Counted from the first letter of the stretch, positions 33,565 through 46,135 are shown. The stretch: 64,000 nucleotides of DNA from Blastocladiella emersonii ATCC 22665 (GCA_025594325.1 JANHCV010000005.1:620001-684000); one strand, 5' to 3'. Program-made: numbers and translations. The notes: generated by a model not told the origin, from the sequence alone.

Positions 33565-35268
33565 CTACGCCTCCTCCTCGACCTCGTCAGAACCGCAGAA
33601 CACCATGGCCGTTGGCGCCTTGGCCCGCGCGACCGCCGCGTCGTGCGCCTCGATCGCGTCGAGCGACGGGACGTGCGGGAGGTGCGGGTGCAGGTGGTGG
33701 TGGTGGACGAGCCCGAGCCCGCCGCGCGGCTTCTCCTGACCGTGCCGGTGGTTCCCGAGCGCGTGGCGGTGCAGGCGGCTCGCCGTCGCCGTCTTGGACG
33801 GGCGGCGGTCACACCCACGCGGCACGGGCACCGCCTCGGCCTCGCTGTCGGGCTCGGTATCCGCATCTCCTCCGCCGCCCAGCGCGATCACGGTCACGAG
33901 GTCGCCGCACCCGCACACCTGGTGCGACGTGATCCCAGTCGCCGGTCCGAGGCCGGGCCCGACGAGCGCGGCGGCTGCGGCGGCGAGGACCGCGGGGACG
34001 TCGGGTTGCACGAGTATGGCGTGGGCCATGGCGTGCTGTCGGCGCATGAGCGAGCGGAGCTCGAGGAGGTCGGCGACGTCGCGGTACGTCATGCGGCCCG
34101 GGTTGACGGCGTCGCGGTCGTACTCGTCGTCGGCGGTGCCGATGATGATGGGCGGGTGCGGGGAGATGACGACGGCGCGGCGCGCGGGGCGGGACCGGTA
34201 AGGGCGCGGCCGCGTGGGGCTGCCCTCGGCGGATGCCGCGAGGAGCGGCGGGAGCGATGGCGGCGGGCTCGCGTGCGCCGAGTCGATGGTGGACGGGGCA
34301 CGAGCGGCGGAAGGCGAGGGCGACGCGCCGCGGTCGAACCCCTCGTCGAAATCGGTGCCGTCCCAGTCGTCGTACATGTCCTCGACGTCCGTGTCGTTGC
34401 CGTCGTCGCTGTGCACGGGCACCTCCTCGTCCTCGGGGTCGCAGCAGAACCGCGGCGGGCTCGGCGTCGCCGCCCCGGTGCGGTCCTTGGCGAGCAGCAT
34501 GGCTGTTGGCGGGGACTGCGGCCGGTACGGCGGCAGCGGCGGCACGGCGGGCGGGCCCGACAGCGACGAGTTGCGGCGCACGGCCGCCTGCGTGAGACTG
34601 CTGCTGTTGGTGCTGAGCGCCGACTCGATATCGGTCTCGAGGTCGAGCTCGGTCTCGGTGCCCTCCGTGTCGGTCGCTCCCGGCGCCGCGGGCGCCGCAG
34701 GGTACCGCGGGATGAGCAGCGGCGCGAGCGACGAGTGCCGCGGGTTGCCCGTCACCGTCCTCGTCTTGGCGTCGCTCACGGACGCGGCGCGGCGGACCGC
34801 GGTCGCGCCCGCGGGGTTGTCGAGCTCGTCGACGACGCGGCGGCGGTGGCGCGGGCCCGCGGGCGAGAAGGTGATGGTCGAGGCGAACGCGGCGCGGTGG
34901 TGATGGCCAGCACCGCCGGCGGTGCCGCCGAACCCGCCAAAGCTCGGCGGCGGCGCACCGCTCGTCGGCGAAGACGTCGCCGAGTGGTGGTGGTGGTGCG
35001 GGTGCACGGGGCTTACGGGCGATGCGAGCGGCGAGGGCACGCCGCCGAGGGCGCCCGGGTACGACGACGGGACAATGGGCTCGAGCTCGCGGAGCAGGCG
35101 CACGGCGCTCGGCAGGTCCGTGGGCGAGGTGAGTGCCGACGAGGGCGAGGCGACGGTGGAGGTCGGGCTCGATGGCTGGTACGCCGATGAGGATGATGAC
35201 GGCGACATGAGCGAGTGGGCGCGGCGCGGCGGGATGGTGACCCGCGGACGGGCGGGCGGAGACGACAT
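33565..35268 (-). CDS. Hypothetical Ser/Pro-rich low-complexity protein
   Basis: High-GC3 frame from MSSPPARP (ATG 35268) to the stop at 33565. The upstream extension in the ORF track looks non-coding. No recognisable domain. Confidence 0.65.
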   Translation of the reverse strand: MSSPPARPRVTIPPRRAHSLMSPSSSSSAYQPSSPTSTVASPSSALTSPTDLPSAVRLLRELEPIVPSSYPGALGGVPSPLASPVSPVHPHHHHHSATSSPTSGAPPPSFGGFGGTAGGAGHHHRAAFASTITFSPAGPRHRRRVVDELDNPAGATAVRRAASVSDAKTRTVTGNPRHSSLAPLLIPRYPAAPAAPGATDTEGTETELDLETDIESALSTNSSSLTQAAVRRNSSLSGPPAVPPLPPYRPQSPPTAMLLAKDRTGAATPSPPRFCCDPEDEEVPVHSDDGNDTDVEDMYDDWDGTDFDEGFDRGASPSPSAARAPSTIDSAHASPPPSLPPLLAASAEGSPTRPRPYRSRPARRAVVISPHPPIIIGTADDEYDRDAVNPGRMTYRDVADLLELRSLMRRQHAMAHAILVQPDVPAVLAAAAAALVGPGLGPATGITSHQVCGCGDLVTVIALGGGGDADTEPDSEAEAVPVPRGCDRRPSKTATASRLHRHALGNHRHGQEKPRGGLGLVHHHHLHPHLPHVPSLDAIEAHDAAVARAKAPTAMVFCGSDEVEEEA

Positions 35269-35905
35269 GGTCGGTCGGGTGGTCCCTGAGCGAGGGAGAG
35301 CGCAAGGAGAGCAGAGGCGCAACGGGTGCAGCAAGGTTGCAGATGTGGCGGCGGCAGCGGCAGCGAGGTGGCGGCGCGGTGCAGGTCGACGATGGCGGCG
35401 AGACGGTGCAGGCGGGTCGGGTCGCGGGCGCTGGCTGGCCAAGTTACATGTAGTGCAGGGACGGTTTCCTGGTGCCGAAGCGGGCGGCGAGGGGGGAGAG
35501 GGAGAGCGACGAGGCCAAGAACCCGGGGGGTCGCAGCAGGTCGCAGCGAGCGAGCGAGGCCTCGGCCTCGGCCGTGAAAATGAGGCGGCGCCGCACCTTG
35601 CACCGGCGTGTTCGAACCTTGCCGGCGCCGCTTCCTTCACCAGACCGGTCGAAACGGGCCTTGAGTTCGCACAGTCCACCGCAGCTCGCCGGGCCCCATG
35701 GCCGCCGGCTTCGCTCTGATGAGAGCGGCCGAAGAAGAGACGAACGGACGAAGAACGCGTCGCGTCGGGCCACCCGCGAGTCGCGCGCCGCAGCGGACCG
35801 CAGCCGCTCGCCGCACGCCGCAACGATGGGAGCCGTTTCCACTCAGCAACCGCTGCCTTCGCGTTGGTGGCCGGTGTGCCTTGGCGAGCGCGAGGGCACC
35901 GAAAT

Positions 35906-35911
35906 ATAAAG
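35906..35911 (+). promoter_or_regulatory. Putative TATA box of the 35983 gene
   Basis: TATAAA in an otherwise very GC-rich context, followed by a pyrimidine/CAA-rich leader. Confidence 0.5.
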
Positions 35912-35982
35912 CGGAGCGGGCGCCCTCGTCCCCCTCTCCGCTCGCCGCCTCGAAGCAGCCTCTTCAACCAAACCAACCAACC

Positions 35983-36603
35983 ATGTCCGCATCCACCAGC
36001 ATGGCCATCACGCTCGAGGGTCTCGTGCAGCAGGCGTCTCAAGTCAAGGACGCGACGGACCTGGCCGGGCTCGCGCAGAACATGGCGGCGGCGGCGCACC
36101 AGCAGCACGCGTCCATGGACGGCGCGACGGCGGCGACAGCGGTGCACGACCCGGTGCTGGCCGAGTGCATCCCGATCGACGTGCAGGACGTGGACCCGTC
36201 GGTCGTCGATCACTTCTACAACGACTACGTGCAGTACCTGTACAGCGGCCACGACTCCTCGGCGCACGACGCGTTTGGCGCCGCCGCGGCCGCGGGCAAC
36301 CACGCCGCCGGCACGACGGTGACGGGCGCCGCGGACCCGAACATGGACATCTTCACACTGATGCGCACGCCGCCGGGCAACGGGCAAGGCGGCGACGTCG
36401 GCAGCGGCAGCAGCGGGCACGACGCGTTCGCGGCCTTGCCGATGCCCACGCCGCCGCCATCGGGGTCGGGCGACGGGCACAACGGCACGTGGCAGTCCAC
36501 GTCCACGTCGACGACGACGGGCAGCGACGGGCACGGGCAGACGACGACGGTGGCCGACGGGTCGCACCTCGACCACGCCGTCGTGACCAGCCACGCGTTC
36601 TGA
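35983..36603 (+). CDS. Hypothetical protein (206 aa)
   Basis: AACC-ATG start context, host-like GC3, and TATAAA ~75 nt upstream. No family recognised. Confidence 0.65.
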   Translation: MSASTSMAITLEGLVQQASQVKDATDLAGLAQNMAAAAHQQHASMDGATAATAVHDPVLAECIPIDVQDVDPSVVDHFYNDYVQYLYSGHDSSAHDAFGAAAAAGNHAAGTTVTGAADPNMDIFTLMRTPPGNGQGGDVGSGSSGHDAFAALPMPTPPPSGSGDGHNGTWQSTSTSTTTGSDGHGQTTTVADGSHLDHAVVTSHAF

Positions 36604-37676
36604 TGTGATGTCAATGATGTGTTGATGTACCTCGTACTCGTATGATTAATCGATACCCTGTCTTTGGCACCCCGTGTTCTGCTTCCTCCAGCGAAGGTGG
36701 CTTCCGCGATCGAGAAGCGCGCGAGCGGTCGGCGCACCGCTCACCGTTGTTGCGTCTTCGTGGATCAGCGCTGAGGAACGGTCGTTCCTTGCGGCCCCTC
36801 GAGGCCGCCATTGCGGTGCGGCGAGTGGCGAGCCACGACGCAGCCGCGCACACCGCCCAGGCATCGCCGACCCGAAGAAGCCATGAGCGACGCGTCCCGC
36901 TGCATGGCTCACGTGCGCCTACATGCGAGACGCGCGTGTCTCGCAGCCGCGATCGCGTCACCCCGGCCACGACACGCTGACGCGTGTGAAATTGTTATCG
37001 GGCTACCGTCCCCCACTTTCCAGAGCCGTCGCCGTCGCGTCTCCGTGGGCGTGGGAGCGCGGGCACGCAGCGGCGGGCGGTCGGCTTGCCAAGAGTGGCC
37101 GACGTGGCGACGTCCCTGTTCGCCTCCCCTCCTCGGCCCCGGGGCGCAGCGCGCGCGCACCTTCCTCTTCGGCGCATCGACCATGGAACGACACGCGTGT
37201 GTGCGCGCGCGAGTGAGCGTGTGCAGGCGGGCCCGCGCGTCAACGCTCTCAGGGCGGCGCCGGCGGTTAACAAGAAGCAACGCTGCTGCACCCGACGACG
37301 AGACTGACTCGAAGACTCCACCACCGCCATGTCTTGCACCGCCTCCTCCTCTGCATCGCCGGCGCCCGATCCGATGCGTGCGCGCGCCGCGCCGACTCCG
37401 GCCCGCTATGAAGCTTCTTCCTCCCCATCTCCCCATCGCGGCGGCGGCCACGACGGACCGCGGTGGCTGGCGGCGCCGCGCGACCCGCGGCAGCAAGGTT
37501 ATCCTCTCCCTCAAGCCGCCGCCCTCTCTGCCGCCCTCACCAACTCTGCTGCACCACCACGACCTGCACAAAGCGCGCGCCATGCCCCGCCCGCGGCCTG
37601 CGCTCCACGACCGAATTCGAGCTCGACGGCCCGCCACCGATCCGCCGCGCGCCGCAGCTCCAGCTCCAGCTCCACC

Positions 37677-38288
37677 ATGACGTCTACTACACTCCGACCC
37701 TCGACCGCCGCTGCCGCCGTCCTCGCGCTCGCCGTGGTCCTGCTCGCGGTCCTCGCGCCCGTGAATGCCGGTGTCGCGGCCCCGCCGCCCGCTGCAAGAC
37801 CGTGGATCTGGGACTCGGTCACGACGACTACGGCGGCTCGTGTCTCGCGATCCAGTACGCTCAGCCCTCTCTCTCTCCTCGTCGCTAGCGACCGGTCCCT
37901 CACCCTCGCTCCCCGCCGTGTAGCTCCGACCACCACCTCAACCTCGACCACCGTTGCCCACGCCACCCCGACCGCCGCGCCGCCAGAACCCGCGCACCTG
38001 GCCGGCCGGAGCGCAGAGCCTGCGCTCGCCGCGCCCGTGGTCGCCGCCGCCGCTGCCGCCGTCATGGGGGCCGCCGCGGGGGCGTGGGGCGACGTGCAGG
38101 TCCCGACGTACATGGCGCCGCTGGGGGACCGCGCCGTGCTGCTGGGCCACGCGACGGCGGGCGCCGGCGGGGTCGCGCTCGTCGCGCTCAGCTCGGCCGC
38201 CGTGACGCTCGGCGCCGTCGTGCACCGGCGCGTGCGGCGACGCGCGGACGGCGGGCTGCCCCTTGCCGTCTCGCCGCCATCCTTGTAG
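37677..38288 (+). CDS. Hypothetical secreted/single-pass membrane protein, Thr/Ala-rich
   Basis: Signal peptide (AAVLALAVVLLAVLAPVNAG), Thr-rich stalk, and C-terminal TM (GVALVALSSAAVTLGAVV) followed by HRRVRRR. A possible in-frame intron lies near 37855-37923. Confidence 0.65.
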   Translation: MTSTTLRPSTAAAAVLALAVVLLAVLAPVNAGVAAPPPAARPWIWDSVTTTTAARVSRSSTLSPLSLLVASDRSLTLAPRRVAPTTTSTSTTVAHATPTAAPPEPAHLAGRSAEPALAAPVVAAAAAAVMGAAAGAWGDVQVPTYMAPLGDRAVLLGHATAGAGGVALVALSSAAVTLGAVVHRRVRRRADGGLPLAVSPPSL

Positions 38289-38365
38289 CGGAGCGGGGCG
38301 GGGCAGGCGTGTACCATCAGCTTCTTCTTGGGGATATCTCTATATAAACCTTTCCTGCACACCAC

Positions 38366-39381
38366 TCAACCCTCGATCCGCCACGTCGCCTCGAACCCAC
38401 ACTCGCGCACGACATCGTTCCACGCCTCGCGCGCCTTCGCCAGATCCGTCGCGTGGGGCGGCTGCTTGTCGGCGGGCACGATGGACGGCGGGTTGCCCTC
38501 GACCATCACCAGTTCTTTCCCGTCAACCTCGACCGTCGCCGCGTGCCACACCCTTGCGACGCCGTCCTCGAGCGCCGTCGTGAACGGCAGCCACGGGAAC
38601 ACCCACTGCAGGACCGCGCGCTGCGCCCAGCCCGCGTGCCGGACGAGCCCCGTCGTCGGGATGAACCCGGGGCACAGCGTCGCGACCGTGACGCCGCGCG
38701 GGATCGAGGCGGCACCCGGGACGGGGTCGAGCCCGGCGACGACGCGCGCGAGGGACGTCGCGAACCACTGGTTGAACAGCTTCGACACCGCGTACGCCTT
38801 CATCCCGTCGTACTCGCCGCCCTCGCCCACCAGCGCGCGGCTCGCGTCGCGCACGCGTGGGACCGTCCCCGGGTGCCGCCGGTGCAGCGACGACCCGACG
38901 ACCACGATCCGCGCGCCTTCCGCGAGGTGCGGGAGCATCTGCAGCGCGAGCCGCGCGACGTGGACGTGGTTCTGGACCAGCGTGCGGTCGACTTCTCCCA
39001 AAAGCACCTGCCCGTCGCGCGACGCGAAGGATGCCGCCACGTTGAGCACCAGCACGTCCACGGGGCGCGGCGGCGGGACGAGCGCGTCGACTTGCGCGGC
39101 GTGGAGCAGGTCGCCGGAGACGCTGGACACGGCGTCGGCCGGGCACCCGGTCTCGCGCACGATGCGCGACACGGCGGCGGCGGCTGAGGTGGGGGTGCGC
39201 CCGTGCACGATGACGTGGTCGAAGCGTTCGCGGTGTTGGATGCTACGTGAGAGGAGCTGTGAGGACGGGGGAGGGCGCGGGCGCGAGCGCGAGCAGCGGC
39301 GTACAAGAGCTTGGCGGTCGCGAACCCGATCCCGCTCGTCGCGCCCGTGATGAGCGCCGTCTGTTTCGTTGCTGGAATCAT
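38366..39381 (-). CDS. Short-chain dehydrogenase/reductase (retinol dehydrogenase/WWOX-like), one intron
   Basis: TALITGATSGIG Rossmann motif, DVLVLN, RIVVVGSSLH, catalytic YAVSK, TLCPGFIPTT. Confidence 0.9.
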
Positions 39382-39747
39382 GACTTACGTGTTCAGAGAT
39401 ACATGTCTTTGTTGTTGAGAGGGAGCGAGGATCGACTGCGTGGCGCGACACGAAGATGAGCTGCGCCTCGACCCCGCGAGTTGGGGAGGAGGCTCACTCA
39501 CGAGGACAAGTGGGAAATATGATGGATGCAATGAATGAATTTGATAATTAGCGAGCAAGAAGAGCAAGGGACAAAAACGAGTGATGGGGGAGCCACTATC
39601 GCTTACAACGGGCCCGGCCCGGCCGAAGCGCAGCCAGCCGCGCGGCACCGCGAAGATACTACAGGGTTGCGAGTACACACACGCGCCGGGGGTGCGCTTG
39701 ACCAGTGACGGGCCCTTGGGGGAGGAGGAAGAAGAGTAACGACTTCT

Positions 39748-42707
39748 CTACTCCATCTTGGAGCCGAGGTCGAGGGCGCCCGACGACGCCTTGCCGCCGG
39801 ACTTGAAGGCGGCGATGACCTTGAACATGGGCATGAGGTCGCGGACCTTCTGCCAGTTGGCCTTGACGCGGAGCTTGCGCGCGTCGTCGACCTTGCGGAA
39901 CGCGAGCTTGTCGGTGCGCGACTTGACGGGCCACGCGCGCGCCGTGAACTCGAAGGACCAGTACTTGAAGATGAACACCTTGACGAGGTCGAGGAACGCC
40001 ATGAACGCGAGCGACACGCCCATGATGCCGAAGCCCCACGCCACGCCGATCGGCTCCGCGTCCATGTCGTGCCACCCGATGATCGACATGACCATGGCGA
40101 ACACCTGCGTGCCACCGACGGCCACCGTGAACAGGAGCGACGGGGGCGACTTCCAGAAGTAGGTGCCGACGCGCGTCGAGAAGATGACGAAGTGCGGGCA
40201 CGACGACACCTGGAGGTAGATGACCGTGTGCAGGTACCCGACGGCATCCTCGCGGTCACCGAAGTGCCACTTGGCCACGTAGTAGTGCGCGAGCGAGGCG
40301 CCCGTCAGCAGGACCGCGAGCACCGTCGACATGAAGATGAGCTGGCCGATGCGCCACTTGTCGGGGCGCTTCGAGATGCGCGCGTTGTCGACGGCGATGA
40401 CCAGGGTGGCCGCGTCGTTGAGCACGGCGATCAGGATGATGAGCTTGTTGGGCAGGGTGAAGTCGTAGAGCGAGATGGTGATGAAGAAGAAGATGAGGAA
40501 GTGGATGGTCGAGGCTGCGAAGGGGTGGAGTCGTTAGCGTCAAGGCCCGATACCACAGCACACGAGAAAGGAGAAACGTACTGATACGGTAGATGGCGTA
40601 CGAGCGCATGCGCTGGAAGATAGCGCGCGACGTCTTGATACCGTCGACGATCGTTCCGAGACCGGGGGCGAGCAGCACGATGTCGGCGGCCGAGCGGGCC
40701 GCGTCCGTGCAGCCCTCGACGGCGATCCCGACGTTGGCCTTCTTGAGGGCGGGCGCGTCGTTGACACCGTCGCCCGTCATGCCGACGAGGTAGCCCTTGC
40801 GCTGCAGGAGCTCGACGACACGGTACTTGTGCTCGGGGATGACCTGGCCGAACCCGTCCGACTTCTCGCACCGGCGCGTGAGCTCCTCCTCGTCGGCCTT
40901 GGGGTCGACGAGGCGCGACGCGTTGAGGATGCACCGCTGCATGCCGAGGCGGCGCGCCACCTCCTTGCCGATAATGACCTGGTCACCGGTGATCATCTTG
41001 ACCTCGACGCCGAGCTTGGCGCACTCGGCGATGGTCTGGGCCGAGTCGGGGCGGGGCGGGTCGAGCAGTGAGATGAGGCCGACGAGCTGGAACGAGCCGT
41101 CGGCGCGGGTGCGCGCGACGCCGAGGGCGCGGAGACCGCGCTGGGCGAAATCGATGACCTGGCGCTCGGCGGCCGCGTCGCCGCCCGACAGGCGGATGAC
41201 GACCTGGGGCGCGCCCTTGATGCACTCGAAGATCTCGCCCGTCTCGAGGTTCTGGACCTTGGCCTTGGTGAACTTGTCGTTGGGGTTGAAGGGCAGGAAC
41301 TTGAGGATCTTGTACCCGGGGATGACGTGCTCCTGGCCGGCGGGCAGGTTCTGCAGGATGTCGACGCGCTCCATGCCGGCGCCGCGGACCGCGAGCTCGA
41401 TGGCGTCCTTGGCACCGGCCTCGGACGCAAAGTAGGCGTTGAGCAGGATGTCGCGCTCCGTGAAGCCGGGCATCAGGAACGGGTCGTCGAACGACAGCTC
41501 GTTGAGCGTGAGCGTGCCGGTCTTGTCCGAGCACAGGATCGAGACCGAGGCAAACTCCTCGATGGCGGGCAGGCGCTTGACGATCACCTCCTTCTCGGCG
41601 AGCTGCTTGGCGCCGACGGCCATGGTGACCGACAGGACCGTGGGGAGACCGACGGGGATGGCGGCGATGGTGAGCACGACGACCTTGTCGAGGGCCTCGA
41701 GGAAGTCGTAGTCGCGGACGAAGATGAGGACCAGGAACAGGATCACGACAAAGACGATGGTCATGTAGATGAGGTAGTTGCCGATGGACCCGATGATCTT
41801 CTGGAAGTGGCCCTCCTCGTTGGTCATGGAGATGAGCGAGGCGGCGCGGCCGATGAACGTGTTGATACCGGTCTTGACGACGACGGCGAGCATCTGGCCC
41901 TGCTTGACGACCGACGACGAGTACACGATGTGGCCCTTGCCGCGGTTGACGGGGAGCGACTCGCCGGTGAGCGCGGCCTGGTCGATCATGAGGTCCTCGT
42001 CGACCTCCTGGTGGTTGGCGCCGAGGCCGAGCAGGCGGCAGTCGGCGGGGATGATGTCGCCGAGTCGGAGAATCAGGATGTCGCCGGGCACGAGCTCGCG
42101 CGTCGGGATCTCGATCAGGTTGGAGCCGCGGAAGACACGGGCGTTGGACGCCAGGTTGCTCTTGAGCGCCTCGAGCGCGTTCTCGGCCTTGGCCTCCTCC
42201 ATGTAGCCGATGACGGCGTTGACGATGAGCAGGCCGAGCAGGATACCGAAATCAGCCTGGAGAGGAGGGGGAGCGAAGCGGAGGGGGGTGAGCGACAAGC
42301 TCTTGAACGAAAGTGGCGCAGCAAACAGGGGAACGTACCCAGTGCTTGAGCACACCGGAGATGATGCAGGCCACCTCGATGAGGTACGAGATGGGGCCGA
42401 GGAAGTAGGAGACGAACTTCATGATCTTGGACTGCTTGACCTCGGGGATCTCGTTGTGGCCGAACTGGGCGAGGCGCTGCTGCACCTCGGCCGTGGTCAG
42501 GCCCGACGTGGTGTTGGTCTGGAGCAGGGCCTCGAGCTCGGGCGAGATGTCGTCGCCGACGTCGACGTGGTGGTCGTCGCCCGCATCCGCCTTCTTGGTG
42601 TCCTTGGCGGCAGCGGCCGAGGCCGCGGCGGCGCCGTGCGACGGCGCGATGTCGACCGTGGTCGAGTCCGACGCCAGCAGCGGCGAGGCAGAGGTGGTGT
42701 TGGTCAT
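39748..42707 (-). CDS. PMA1: Plasma-membrane H+-ATPase (P3A), multi-exon
   Basis: GLTTAEVQQRLAQFGHNEI, DQAALTGESLP, AAIPVGLP, CSDKTGTLT phosphorylation motif, KGAPQV, MITGD, MTGDGVNDAPALKKA, IAVLNDAATL, IFSTR. Confidence 0.96.
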
Positions 42708-44158
42708 GGTCGGGTGCGCAGATGGGGGAGGGAGGTTCGCAACGTCGGCATGCACTGCTTCCGGTAGGCTTCGAGAGGGAGCTGTTGGCGGGAGGGAAGG
42801 CAGGTGCACGGACGGGCAAGGGAGCGAGAGAGCGGGTCGGCGCGGGGGGAGGGCCGGTCTTTATAGTCCGGCGGGGGGCCCGGAGGGGATGACGGACGGA
42901 CCGGTCCGGCCGACCAGCAGCGGGCAGCCGCACACACACAAGGACGGGCTTGTGCCGACCCGAACGATGATCAGGTCTCGTGGCCCTCCGCGGGCGGGGC
43001 TTGCCTCCCTCGCCAGAATGGGTGGCTGGAGCGCCCGCTTGTGTTCCTCCCGTGTTCCGCGCGTGCCGCTTATTTCCTCTTGCCTCCACCATGTCGTAGC
43101 CAGCGTCGACGTCGTCGCCGTGGCCGCGGTGGTGGAGGTCGCCGCGGTGGAGCTGGTGGTGGCGGTGATCGCGCGCGCCGGTCGGTGGGCCCGAGCGACC
43201 GACCCGGCCACGCGGGCCCGCCGGGACCTCATGGCCATCGACATCGCTTCGCTCCCCTCCTCTCTCGCAACGACGTGATTTCGCCCTTATCGCACACGGT
43301 TACTCGCTGCACCTGACCCTTGCCGGCCGCGCGGGCCCGGAACCCGGACCGTGGTGTGATCAGCGCGTCTCGTCGCGCGCGCGCACGCCGTGCCGCCATG
43401 GCCGCAGCATCGCAGCAGCTCCGCTTCCGTTGCGGACGCGTCATGCATGAGCAGGAGGTGCAGAGCGAGGCAGGGGACCGTGGCGGCGGCGAGAGAAGAC
43501 GCGTGGAACACCGAGGGACAGCCGGCTGCAGCCGCAGCAGCAGGATCGCAACAAGGTTTTGCAGGAATCATGCACGTCCGGTGCGAAAAGTGATGCACCG
43601 GGCGGGCAGCGAGCGAGGGATCGCGCAACCCCAACGCCGACGACGAAAGCCGGCGGCAACGGCCGAAGGCGCGACGCGTCGCGACGAGCGACCATGGCTT
43701 TGTTGCCGCGGCGCAGCGACCTGAGATGCAGCAAACGGCGGAAGAAGAGCAGCGCGCGTCGCTGTTGCCCGGCTGACGAGTGTCCGCGCGCGAGGTGGAC
43801 CCACATGGGCCCGCCCAAGGTCCGCGGCCAGAGAACACTTCTCGAAGCGTCGCCGAAGCTCAGGGCAATGACCACGACGCGTCGCGCCGCGCCGCAGCTT
43901 AACGTCGACCACCGCACGCGCGAGGCAAGTCGCCGCGGCGCAGTCGACTTCGCGTCGCGTCGCGCGCGGTTCCGGAACACGCGGATTTAGCGACCGCGCG
44001 ACCCCGAGCCGGATTTACCACCCGCGGCGAACAACACGATTCTGAGACGCGCGACCCGGCGTTGAGCGGGTCCCGCGGATCTGACACACGCGCGGAGCGA
44101 CTTCTCCGCGGGTTCCGAGCAGCGACTGAGCAACAACACTAGTTTCATCACATCATCA

Positions 44159-46135
44159 TCAACAACCCGCTCCAGCGATCGACGCAGCACACGTCGCGCG
44201 GACGTGGTGCACCGTGACGTGCGACTCGGGGTACTCATTCACCATACCGCGCCGCGGCCGTGGTGCCGGGACCGGCTCCCCGCCGCTCGCGTCGAGCCGC
44301 CACGCGATGCACGTCGCGTCGTCGGCCGTCGACCGGAGCACCGCGAGCTGCACGACCGACGCCGCGAGCAGGTCGGCGTGGTCCGCTGGTGACAGGTCGC
44401 CCGTTGCGAGCCGGCCCATCCACAACGCCGCGAGCGACTTGGCCGCAGCCTCGCACTGCGCGTCGGGCGCCTGAAACGGCGCGAACGTGCGCGCGACGCG
44501 CTGCAGCGCGCCCGTGAGCCGCGACGCGCGCATCGAGCCGGCGCCGGACGCGCGGGCGGGCGAGACTGGCGGATCGGAAGCTGGTGGTGGTGGCGCGGTA
44601 GTCTCGTCCTCGGACTCGACATCCTCGTACCCGTCGTCGTCGTTGCCGTTGCCGTCGTCGCGGGCGCGGGACGGCGGCCGTTTCGCGTGCTTGGGCCGCC
44701 ACTTGCCGCCGTTGGTCGCCCACTGCACCAGCAGGTCGTGCGCCGCCGTGACCCCCTCGCGCAGCGCGGCCGAGATGCGCGCCAGGTCGTCGACTTGCGG
44801 GAGCACGTCGCGCACGCCGTCCGTCATCATGACGAGCGTGAGCGGCGCGGCCGCGGGCGGGTGCTCGGTCGGTGGCGATGGCAGGCTGGTCTGGCTGCCG
44901 CCGTCATCCGCGCTGGCGGACGCAGCCGCTGCCGCTGCCGCGAGGAGGTCGGGCACGGAGAACCGGTAGACGGTGGTGCGCGGGAGGAACACGGGGACGT
45001 GCGCGAGATTCGCGACCGAGTTGGTCATGCGCAGGAGGTGCGTGGTGCCGGGCGCCGACAGCACGTAGCTCCCGCGTCGCCGCTTGAGGTGCGGCTTCAG
45101 CGACTCGAAGTCGATGCGCGCGAGCGGCTGGGTCTGTCCCGGCCTTACCTCGCGCGGGAAGTGGCACACGGCGTCCTCGTACGACGTCGGCAATCCCATC
45201 TGCGGCGCGGCGAGGGCGTCGGGCGCGAGCGGGTGCGCAGCGAGCCGGGCCGCGTGCGTCGGACACGCCGGGTGCGTCAGGCACCGCGTCGACCACACGG
45301 GCAGCACCGACTCGCCGGGCCCCAGCAGCACCATGGACGAGTCGCCGACGTTGGCACACAGCAGCGTGTCGCCGAGGCGGACCGCCAGGCACAGCGTGCA
45401 CCCGGCGTCGGCCAGGTGCGGCGCCGCGGGCGTCTGCCGCAGCCGCGCGTTGAGCAGGTCGCGCAAGTGGTGCAGCGTGTGGTGCACCGCGTCGAGGTAC
45501 GCGTTCGGCGGGTCCCGCAAGGGCGGCGTGTCGTTGTCGCCGTCTACGTCCACGTCCACGTCCATGGCGCTGGCGGTCCGCGACCGCGGAAGCGGGTACC
45601 GCGCCGCGACGACTGCCGCCGCGGGCGGCGTTGGCCCGGCGAGTGCGTTGGCGATACACTCGAGCGTCGCCGTCTCGGCGCCGAGCACCTCAAAGTCGAG
45701 GTGCAGCAGGCGCGCGAGGAACGCCGGAAGCATGGCGAACAGGTGCGCGACGATCTGCGCGGCCACGGACGGCGCGTCGCCCGACCCGCGCGCCCCGTGG
45801 CCGTCGACGACGACCGCGACGGACGCATGCGTCGGGATCGGGGTCGTCGCGAAATCGGCGCCGACCGAGTGCTTGCCGAGGCCCCACAGGTGCGCGAGGT
45901 TCGCCCGCACGCGCGCCGCGTCGAGCGCGACTGACACGGAGCACGACCCGTCCTCGTCGTGCAGCACGTTGGCGTGTTTCCGGCCTGAGGCCGACGCGGC
46001 CGAGAGCACGGGCGGCGGCGGGACGAGAGCTGGGATCGAGAAGACCGTGGTCGCGGAGAACGGGACCGCGGCAGTGACAGCCGCGGCGGCAGCAGCAGCA
46101 GCGGCCTCGGCGCGGGTCGCAGAGCGCGTCTTCAT
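44159..46135 (-). CDS. PP2C/PPM-family protein phosphatase-like protein with low-complexity insertions
   Basis: VVVDGHG, GCTLCL, LLCANVGDSSMVL, LRMTNSV, LVMMTDGVRDVL and ADDATCI cover the metal-binding Asp motifs. ATG at 46135. Confidence 0.8.
   Translation of the reverse strand: MKTRSATRAEAAAAAAAAAVTAAVPFSATTVFSIPALVPPPPVLSAASASGRKHANVLHDEDGSCSVSVALDAARVRANLAHLWGLGKHSVGADFATTPIPTHASVAVVVDGHGARGSGDAPSVAAQIVAHLFAMLPAFLARLLHLDFEVLGAETATLECIANALAGPTPPAAAVVAARYPLPRSRTASAMDVDVDVDGDNDTPPLRDPPNAYLDAVHHTLHHLRDLLNARLRQTPAAPHLADAGCTLCLAVRLGDTLLCANVGDSSMVLLGPGESVLPVWSTRCLTHPACPTHAARLAAHPLAPDALAAPQMGLPTSYEDAVCHFPREVRPGQTQPLARIDFESLKPHLKRRRGSYVLSAPGTTHLLRMTNSVANLAHVPVFLPRTTVYRFSVPDLLAAAAAAASASADDGGSQTSLPSPPTEHPPAAAPLTLVMMTDGVRDVLPQVDDLARISAALREGVTAAHDLLVQWATNGGKWRPKHAKRPPSRARDDGNGNDDDGYEDVESEDETTAPPPPASDPPVSPARASGAGSMRASRLTGALQRVARTFAPFQAPDAQCEAAAKSLAALWMGRLATGDLSPADHADLLAASVVQLAVLRSTADDATCIAWRLDASGGEPVPAPRPRRGMVNEYPESHVTVHHVRATCAASIAGAGC

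Noticed and set aside
35269-36594. 1009-aa ORF 33565-36594 as a single protein
   Set aside because: Its 5' third is the antisense of the 35983-36603 gene plus promoter DNA. The plausible start is ATG 35268.
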